Part shown: positions 56,091 through 64,000 of the stretch, piece after piece
Position numbering within the stretch: the first letter of the stretch is position 1
How the letters are laid out: every line of letters begins with the position of its first letter
NCBI GenBank assembly: GCA_965649825.1
Contig: OZ287697.1
Coordinates: forward strand, 583,635 to 647,634
Length of the DNA: 64,000 nucleotides
Source of the DNA: Penicillus capitatus
Lineage: Eukaryota > Plantae > Chlorophyta
Reading direction: 5' to 3'
Translations under genes and position numbers: made by a program
The notes under the pieces: generated by a model
What the model saw: only the letters and a program-made list of their open reading frames with translations
Databases searched by the model: none
Told to the model about the DNA's origin: nothing

Positions 56091-57139
56091 GTAAGGGTTA
56101 TCGAAGAAACTGCCAGCAGCTATGGAAGGTACGTTGAGGGAGAACGTAGAGCGTTCTCTGGCATGATTCGCACGCGGCTCTCAGGCAATCTTTGTCGTCT
56201 GTTGCTGTTTGGCCGTAAAGCCGAAGCAATGCCATTGACGCGAAGCCTCAGTGACCGAGGCTGCTGCGGCGATTCACCTGCAGATTTACATAATAGACAG
56301 TATCAAATCGCGACATACACTTGCTTCGCGGTCGGCAAATGGGCGCGCATTCGAATGCTCGGCCTGTACCACACATTAAGAGGAGCATCCAGGTTCATTA
56401 AGCACGTAAGAGTTGACGGGTCGCTCGGAAGGAATCGACAAAAACGCGATGGAAAGAAAAGGAATGCACTTGGACGCAATCGCGTCACATTGTTTTCGGT
56501 CACTCGGCCGCCGTCATTTCAACTTTTTTCTCAGAATCCAGTGACAACATGAAGCAGAAGATGTTGGAAGAGTCAGTGAAAGTGTGAAAATGGTGTGCGC
56601 GATGCAGACGAAGATGACAATGATGGTCTGAAAGGGGCCTCTCAAAAAGGAAAACGGCGTCAAACCACGCTTTGAAGAAAACCGGCGTCATTCGCCGTTT
56701 GTTTTTAATGGACTTGCCGATGCAATATGTGTCGAAGGTGCCGAAGTGGTTGTCTATGTGATCATCTCTTGCGGCATCGAGACCATGTTCGGACAGTCAC
56801 ACTCGAAAGCGCCTTTATTCTATGGGGTCTGACCGTCATCGATGCATTTCGTGTTTGTTGTTTCGCCTCCGAAGAGTGCGCGCTCAAGTAGCAGGATCGG
56901 AAGGAGTTATTCAGCCTTGGTGGTCCGTCATGTAGAATTGTACGGCAAAATTCTCCACGTCAGCGTCCATTCAAGCCGTTTTTTTTTCGTTTTTGTTATG
57001 CGTCGATCGCGACGCCGTCATGATGGTTTAGAATTCTTGCACGCTGGCGAACGTCCAATATCCATTTACTCGTTTGTTTGTTCGTTTGTGAAGGGATTGC
57101 GGCCGAAGATGAAGGAGATGACAGAAATCTAAAGTATCT

Positions 57140-57470
57140 TTTTTGTGTCAAATCTTCGGTTTGCGATCTTGACAGCGGTTTTCATTCTTCGCCGCTCCAA
57201 TTGTACAGGTCGTGCAATGTATTCGCTTGGTTGTCGGCGATCTTTTATACATGGTATACACTCCTCGCGTTCGTCATGGCTCCAAAAACTGGGGAGCCCG
57301 TACGAACGGTCGTCAGTCGTGTAACGAAGTCAATAGCCGCGTTGGACCCACTAAGTGGGCAGAGAACGCCGAAATCACAAAAACAGAAATGCAAGAACAG
57401 TAGAGAGGTGGACAGCCAAAAAACTCGAACTCGCTCTGCCAATCGAAATCACTTCCGTCTGCCCCAGGAC
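57140..57470 (-). ncRNA. Candidate Fanzor omegaRNA scaffold overlapping the ORF 3' end
   Basis: Four consecutive stem-loops (57347-57359, 57268-57308, 57189-57240, 57146-57174) lie directly 3' of the RuvC-III/KPFIRP end, where TnpB/Fanzor omegaRNAs are known to lie. The boundaries are inferred. Confidence 0.55.
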
Positions 57471-60400
57471 GAATGAATGGCTTTTTCCGTCTTAGCCCAT
57501 AAAACTTCCTGATCGTCAAATTGAGCATGTTCATCGCCGCATTCTCATCCCTGTCTACAGCCAGCTTCTTCCGTTCAGATTCGCTTGTGGCAGGATGACA
57601 TCCCGGACAAAAGAGAAGACGAGTACTTGCCCGCGTATTACCGTTCTTCTTTGGACATCTGATTTTCACTTTCTTTAGCTCTTTGTTGCCACAATTTGTC
57701 GAGCAACACATCTTGGACGTGTGGTATTCGTCAATGAGAGTGAGCATCACGGGTCCAACACGATTCGTCTCTATAGCATGGGCTCTGCGTTGCACGGCTG
57801 CGTTGATGGCTTTTGCGAAGGCTGTGACGGGAGCTGCTTTGGAACCACGTGAGGCTGCGGCAAAATCGCCGTTTCCAAACCCCAAAACCATCGGCCGCAT
57901 GTCAGTCCGTGATCGGAGGTCAAGAATATTGTTTGCCAGTCGAGCTAAGGCTCCGGCACGTAGCCGATCGCTCCTCATCCTCATACGTGCCTTGAATGTA
58001 TTCGTTATGTACGCATTGACGAGAACGGCGCCGTGCTGTGCCTCGGTTTTCATGACCAATTGAACGTCCAGAGATTTTGCTGCCTCGATCTTCGCGTTCT
58101 CCGCCTTCACAAGACCCGGAGCCATCGACTTGTTGAATAGCATTCCTCTGCGACGCCTCCAACGATAGCCTTGGTCATAGTACCATCGGCGACGTGTATA
58201 CGTTCCAGTTATGGCCTCATCTGGTTTGAGTATCGTGTTCGGATGAGCTTTCAGCTCCAGTTCTTCCTCCTTTGATGCCTCTGTTATGGCAGTTAATGAT
58301 TTTGGCAAAGATCGCTTGGTCCCACGGCTGTTGCAATGTATTGATGCCATAATCTCTCTTCTAACTCCACGTGCAATGGTCGTTTGGCCTCTTTTGCGGC
58401 CTTTCCTACCATTTCTTCTTGTTGTTTCTTCTGGCCCTTCTAGTGAAACAGTCGATGCCGAGCGTTCTGTCCCATATTGCATCTCTTCCAAGTCGCCGCC
58501 CGTTCTGCCATGTTCGTTCCGGGTTTTGGCTTGAGAATGATGCCCACTTCTGCAATCGCCTGAACCACTTGGCGGTAATCGGTATTCATGCCCCAGAGTA
58601 ATGAGCGCACTCTTCGTCGTTGGTATCTGTCGCGTATAATCATCCCCGGGGGGCTAGTCATCATGACAGCGTCGGGAGGTCCGCGAGAAGGGATATCTTC
58701 CGGAAGCGGCGCTACTAGGTCAACACTAGCGTCTTCGGAGCTTCGCTGCGAGTCGTATATTCCCGCGTTATCGATGATCCGCTCTGCGCCTCGCTGTTGT
58801 AAATCGGAGGTCTCCGCCTGACGAAATCTGTTAAGGCGGTCTTCGAAGGAGGGATAGAGAGGCGCGTAGAGGATGGTGGCGCGTTGAACGTTGTGTTCTG
58901 CGTCGTGGTCCGCCAGGATGCAAGGTAAACAGAAAGTCTTAAAACACGTGTAAAAGACAAGAGTCCGTGCATAACCCCCCATTTATACCGCCCTGATGTT
59001 GCGACTCCACGAAGAAGTGAATCATCGCGCCACCCGAGCCAGAGAAGAGCGTCCCAAGACACAGTCGACAAGACATGCAGCGCCCCTGCGCACAGCTGAC
59101 CCTCACAGAACAAGACAACGTCACATCGCTTGGCGACAGTATCTTTGAAAATGCATTTCGTCTGTGTCTTCCTTCGACTGGTGGTTTTTTCCTTACGTTC
59201 TTGTTGAACGACCTTCTAACCTTTGAATTCGCTACTCGCCCAGTTGTCGTGGCATATCTTTCGTTCGTAGCAATTCGTATGCTTGCGGCATCTTCGGCCA
59301 GCATTTGAAATGCACGAGATGCTGACTCAGGCTGGTTGCTCGGACATTCTCTTTGTGCAGTCTCAGTTGGTCCGGCTTGCATTCGTGGTTCTTCCTCTAT
59401 CTCTGTCTCCCTGGCCCAAGTGACAATTTTTGCTCTTCCTGGATCTAATCCGACGAATATTGGCCGATCTTCGCATTCCTGACGAATGCGTGCAAAATCA
59501 GCCGCCGTGCAATAATACTCTGATTCCAGGTAGGCCGGTATTTTCTCTGACTTCTGTTCTTCAATCTTCGGTTTTTTGCTTGGGCGCTTTCTTTCTATTC
59601 TGGATTTCCTCGGCAATGGGAGCGTTGTTTGAGTCAAGTCTATGTCAGGGAAAACGCGGCTGGGAAGCACATTGTCTGCGTAGCTAACATTGAGGCAGAC
59701 CCGGACGCCATCCGTTGTGGCGGACTTCACACTTCCGGCTTCTAGGTGCTTTCTTTTGCCACGAATCCGCCATTTGCGGCGCCTTGATCTGATCTTTCGT
59801 GCCTTTTGTCGTCTACGCCGCATACGTTGACGTTTTCTTCGCAGCTTGCCCATGATCTTTCGCCCGAGAAAGAGCCCTTTCGTGAAAGAAAGCGTCGTTT
59901 GCTCGCGTAACTTGGAGAATGTCCTTTTCTCCATGTAATCTTGCCAGAGTGGTTTTCTTCGTTGCTTCGGACTTCTCGGGTGTTTACTCCCGCCTTCGCA
60001 AAGATTCTGTCGCTTTTCTTCTTGTCTGTCGATGAAATTCTTCACTGAAAACCCAACGGACTTGAGGTATTGCTCCGGATCGTTTTTGTAAAGCTGGCTT
60101 TTATGGAGATGTTCTTCGGAGTCTCTCAGCTCCCCTTTGCAGACGAAGAGATTTCTCAGCACTCTGGCGTCCAGCGTACAGTGTTTTCTGGCGAGTTTAG
60201 ACATTGGCATGACCTCCCGCCGCAAGACTCCGATTCTTGCAAAGAAGATATGGAGGCTGAACGATTCAGGCGTAACTTTCTCGGCCATTCGAGGCAGTGG
60301 CTTCGACAAGTCGCTGTGGAGTGTCCTTCGGATTAACTCAATCTGTTTCGCCGTGTCATCTTTCAGGCCGATATCGTTTTCCGGGGGCCACCTTCCAACG

Positions 60401-61421
60401 AGTAGCTTCACCGTCTCCTCTCCTTTGCGAGGCTCGAGTGAACGAACGTAGCTCTTCGCACATCGGATCGTGGAACTCCTGATGAACAGATCGATATTCA
60501 CCAGCATTTGTTTCGCTCCATATTGCAGAACTCTCCACCAGCCGTCCCGGAGCATCAACTTTGCGAACTCGGGTGATGGCTTCAGATGTCTTAGCGAGGC
60601 CTCGTGCTCTGCAAAAACAGCGTCAACGTCATCCGCAAGTCTTTCTTCGTTCTCTTTCTGCAAGTCCTTTTCATCCCTATCCTCTTGAGTTGATCTGCTT
60701 TTCCCCTTCGTCGTTCCCTTCAAGATGCTTCCTCTATAACCCGCACCATACATCTCTGGCATCAATACTCGCTGCAGAAAATTTATGATGTCTTGATCTG
60801 TCTCTTGTCGCGCTCTGGCATTGTTAATTCTTCGAACGACAAGGCGATGGCAATGCTCCAGAAACGTTGTCGGTCTTCTATCTCCCTTCGCTCTTGCATC
60901 CTCTGGATCCGGTGGCTGCCAACGCGGAGAGATTTTCAGTCGCTCTTTTGGTCATTGATAGGGCAGTGTGAAATGTCGATGCACATATGCATTAAGAATA
61001 AACCATGCTCGATATCGAATCTTCGAGTATTCGCACACCAGTCGGTGAATCTTTTCCCGTCTCGATTGTCCTTGAATAAGAGTGAAAAGGTAGCAAGATA
61101 AAGTCCTGAACCGGGTGGGGCACAGTGCCTCAAGGTCCTCAGGAGCTGCTAACTTGTGCACTTTGCAAAGCACAGAGGCTTCTCTCTATGTGTAGTTTTG
61201 GTAAACTCCAATTCCGTTTCGGCGACCCTATTCGCCATGCCTTCGCGAAGGATCTCAAGGAGCTGTTCGCGCTTCGACAATTTTCTCTGCACGCAGTCGT
61301 TTGTCTTCTGTTTTCGCGACGAACGCTGACTTACGTTTCTGGCGCCATTTTGTTGGACGCCTCCCTCTCCGCCCCTTTGTTGTGCGTTGGCAGGAAAGAC
61401 ATCATCCGTTGCTAAGTTCAT
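57313..61421 (-). CDS. Fanzor1: Fanzor1 (TnpB-like RuvC nuclease), split into segments: either spliced or partly pseudogenised
   Basis: RuvC-I IFVGLDPGRAKIVTW (Asp 59443-45), GTYTRRRWYYDQG, VLGFGNGDF...APV, RuvC-II IDEYHTSKMCC (Glu 57727-29), Zn-finger CCxxxC/CPGC, RuvC-III VDRDENAAMNML (Asp 57547-49) and a terminal RP. N-terminal FRTLSCYL...VCEYSKIRYRAWFILNAYV resembles Fanzor1 N-termini. Confidence 0.9.
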
Positions 61422-61703
61422 TGAACGCACTGCCGTTTTATCGAAACCGTAGAAAAATTCCGCGTGCTCGACACGAACAACCTAAAGCGATTCTGTCAAC
61501 GCTGTCGTTTAACGTGGCTTTAAAAGATTGATGGTGATATGGCCCTGATGTGACGGGCATTCGGCAGAAAGAGGTGACGGTTTTCATTGGTGTATGCTCT
61601 TTCACCTTGTTCGGAATCACGTCTTGCGTGATTGCGGAACAAAGATGATTTGAGACACAACGAACGTAACGGGTCACGTTGCGGTCGGGTAGGAGAAGAT
61701 TTT

Positions 61704-61941
61704 TGGGGATGGGTATTGGGGTTGCTATGACAGGACTGCGTCCCATTTGTGGAAGGCGTGAACATGGGATTTCTCTTGCTCGCCTTCAATCAAATTTCCA
61801 ACAACAGTGGCATGTTGCACTACACATCCGGCGGGCAATTTAAAGTTCCCATGGTGGTTCGTGGCCCAGGAGGTGTGGGACGGCAATTGGGTGCTGAACA
61901 TTCACAGAGACTCGAATCATACTTCCAGTCCATACCTGGTG
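61704..61941 (+). pseudogene. pdhB: Duplicated pdhB exon fragment (copy of 8989-9225)
   Basis: Direct alignment of 238 vs 237 bp shows 4 transitions and 1 inserted T (cccatttgtgg vs cccattgtgg) that frameshifts the copy. Confidence 0.97.
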
Positions 61942-62207
61942 CTCTTGCAGTGCGTCCTGTATCCATGGACAGCCGTAAAGGTTCTTCATATCCAACATGC
62001 GTTTTATTCTGGACACCATTTCCGTCGGATCTTCGACCTGCGTGTGATGTGTGGTTTGAAAGATCGGGAAGGAATGATGCAGGTACCGAGATATCCACTG
62101 CTTGCTTCTCTTTGGCAACGACATAGACTGTTTCCATCATCTGCATACCGATGCCTTTCTGCTGATAGCCAGGTAGGACGAAGATCTGACCGATGCGATC
62201 GCGATGC
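61942..62207 (-). pseudogene. HAT1: HAT1 (type B histone acetyltransferase) gene fragment with retained intron
   Basis: [37 protein letters not shown]|[20 protein letters not shown] matches HAT1 motif A and DITVEDP. The 49 nt GT-AG intron is at 62038-62086. Neither end of the gene is present. Confidence 0.85.
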
Positions 62208-62692
62208 CTGTCGGGGAGTTGTTTCTTTTGAACCGCGTGTGTCACATGACATTCAAAGCGCCGACAAAACCCGGTAACCTTTGGATCATAAGATGAATGT
62301 CTTTTCTGGTGTGTTCGTGCATTTTTTTGTTTTTGGCCTTTCGTGGCATTTCAAACGAACTTACGCCAAATGAATACAGCCGCCGTAGTGCAGGCTTCGT
62401 TAATCGACGATTGGGCCAATTGTTGTTATCGCACTGTAAAACAAAAGATATCGACCACTCGTTCAAAAGCACTTCAGAAAGTGCTAGCTGTCATTCGACT
62501 GGCCCTTTAAGTGGACACGTGCGCAAGGAGGCTGGCTGGTTGTTAACTGTTTTTATTTGCGCGTTCATTTTGATCTTTATTCTCCCGGTTGCGTGTTGTC
62601 CATTTTGGCCGTTACGAACCGTACGATTCTTTCATTCTGCTCCACTCACTGAATGTGATATCTCCGTTTGTCTTGACTCTTCAGATCTCAAG

Positions 62693-63615
62693 ATGCGAAA
62701 GGAGATGCTGAACATGCGGGGCGTAAAACACCGACTCTCGCTTCGGCCGCGGGTACGGCGAACAAGTGTCACACGTGCAGTGAGTGAATTGGCGACGGAA
62801 GGAACGACAGTCCGCGCAGCGAAGCACTGGAACGTCTTAAAAGACCCGTGTCATATCTATGCCACTGGAAACAAGAGCGTCCGCGTTCAGGTAATCCCTG
62901 TGCTTGTCAACTCAGTATCTTCAGTTGTCATCAGAACCATGGAGGCCAAGTATCGCTTGAGAACTATATGACACTCCCAGTACAGCAGTACTACGTCCTG
63001 GATCCCCATCTGATCACTTCACTGGGAGATGATACGTTTGAATTTAATGTCCCGAAGTTGCAGGTGTGAGGTATTTCCGTCGCCCGACACTTTTTCTGAC
63101 AATGTGTGCCTGGAAAGCTGTTCAATGAGTGGATCCAACCGAATGTCGTGGCGAAAGTCAACGTAACGCCTCACAACGTTCACATTATCACAGAAGAATG
63201 CTCGATGGATGTATCGAAGATGCTCGAAACGCTGAAGCTGGAAAACCAGTGGTATATGGTATTTGAGTCGACCCTGACATGGGACAACAATTGTTCAACT
63301 GCTAATCAGCAGCCTCGTGGATTTCAGCGCATTGTAACCGGGTCGAATGAAACTTCTGCTGACAAGACTTACGGGATGATGCACGGCAAATCGAGAGTGG
63401 ATGTCTGGTGTGAGCTGGCACCTGGATTTACGTTCATGCCTAGAGATATACTGGAGAATGCCTGCAATCTGGCAATGAATACCTTGATGCAAAGCCTGTT
63501 GCCAATCTTTATGACACAACTATCAGAGGACTACAAGAAATGGGCAACAAACAAAGATTACAGAGAAGAACGCAAGACGTGGAATATCGAGCGTTTTAAA
63601 CAGAAGGTCCTATGA
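62693..63615 (+). CDS. DUF1997 family plastid protein
   Basis: LENYMTLPVQQYYVLDP, LFNEWIQPNVVAKV and VDVWCELAPGFTFMPRDILENACNLAM...LLPIFMTQLSEDYKKWA. Confidence 0.8.
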
Positions 63616-63730
63616 TCCAGTACGGCATGAATCTAGCAGCCGCCGTCTGTATGTTTCTACGGAACAGTGCATTTGTGGTGAAGATTTTTTCTGTGGTGAG
63701 GATTTTTCTGAAAAGAGACGGACGGTGGGA

Positions 63731-64000
63731 TCACCACACTTCAACTCTGCGAGCATCGCAATTGCGCTGAACGGCAAACCGACTCGAGCAGCCACGAAAG
63801 AAATCGAGATTGGGGGAATGGAGTTTGCGTTTCGCATGTCCTGCGTGGCAGATGCGATAAAGCCCTTCTGGCGTGTCCTCTTCAATCATCCAGGTCACCA
63901 TCGACTTCGAGCATGGCATGACTCTCAAACCAAGGAATGGCTTCCACAAGAAACGCGTGTTCAAGTCGTCATCTGTGGCGACGAGGATCCATTCCGATGC
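63731..64000 (-). CDS. Hypothetical protein, 3' part (runs off the window)
   Basis: An open frame ASEWILVATDDDLNTRFLWKPFLGLRVMP...VEVW* extends to the window edge. No family recognised. Confidence 0.4.
   Translation of the reverse strand, partial: ASEWILVATDDDLNTRFLWKPFLGLRVMPCSKSMVTWMIEEDTPEGLYRICHAGHAKRKLHSPNLDFFRGCSSRFAVQRNCDARRVEVW

Larger units (their letters stand above)
57140..62300 (-). mobile_element. Putative Fanzor-carrying element with captured host-gene fragments (ends undefined)
   Basis: A Fanzor, a candidate omegaRNA and chimeric pdhB/HAT1 fragments occupy the interval between the housekeeping genes PPAT and DUF1997. No TIR, TSD or transposase was identified. Confidence 0.5.

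Noticed and set aside
56650-56690. Tandem AAAA(C)CGGCGTCA motif as an element terminus
   Set aside because: There is no counterpart at the other side, and similar AAAACG-type motifs occur in ordinary intergenic regions of the window.
58647-58980. GGGGGGCTA...TAACCCCCC imperfect inverted repeat as a nested MITE in the Fanzor
   Set aside because: It is mostly a homopolymer match (about 10/14) with no target-site duplication.
60952-61190. Alternative genetic code (TAA/TAG=Gln) explaining the Fanzor stops
   Set aside because: Host genes end at TAA/TAG exactly where homologues end (fabG, pdhB, FAP), and one of the lesions is TGA.
61704-62207. Captured pdhB/HAT1 fragments acting as the Fanzor guide
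   Set aside because: They lie 5' of the nuclease gene, about 4.5 kb from the candidate omegaRNA 3' end where the guide would be.
57231-62267. 9-mer inverted match CGCCGACAA (57231-39 vs 62259-67) and other short matches as terminal inverted repeats of the element
   Set aside because: A 9-mer match between two windows of about 400 bp is expected by chance, and the other short matches are not collinear.

Overview
A gene-dense piece of a green-algal (chlorophyte-type) nuclear genome. It has about 50% GC, the standard genetic code and many 40-60 nt GT-AG introns, often with a TGTGAC branch-like motif. About 25 housekeeping genes are recognisable: fabG, a REC8/RAD21 kleisin, plastid pdhB, PUS1/TruA, SAE1, a GATA factor, DCD-Kelch, PI-PLC-like, FIP1, a Gfo/Idh/MocA oxidoreductase, plastid RPL31, mitochondrial aconitase, a large beta-helix plus multi-TM surface protein, PRP16, RH7, endosulfine, fatty acid photodecarboxylase, an SDR, a USP protein, PGR5, NAGS, PKG, PPAT and DUF1997. 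The main accessory locus lies between PPAT and DUF1997 (about 57.1-62.3 kb). It carries an unusually long Fanzor1 (eukaryotic TnpB-like RNA-guided nuclease) gene on the minus strand with all three RuvC acidic residues and the Zn-finger cysteines intact. About 1.2 kb is inserted inside the RuvC domain, and four tandem stem-loops at the 3' end sit where an omegaRNA is expected. Just upstream are fused host-gene fragments: a 98%-identical 238 bp copy of the pdhB exon found 52 kb away in this window, joined directly to an intron-retaining HAT1 fragment in the opposite orientation. I infer a gene-capturing (Helitron/Pack-like) element carrying a Fanzor, but could not define its ends or find a transposase. 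Gene boundaries were assembled by eye from homology and splice signals and are approximate.
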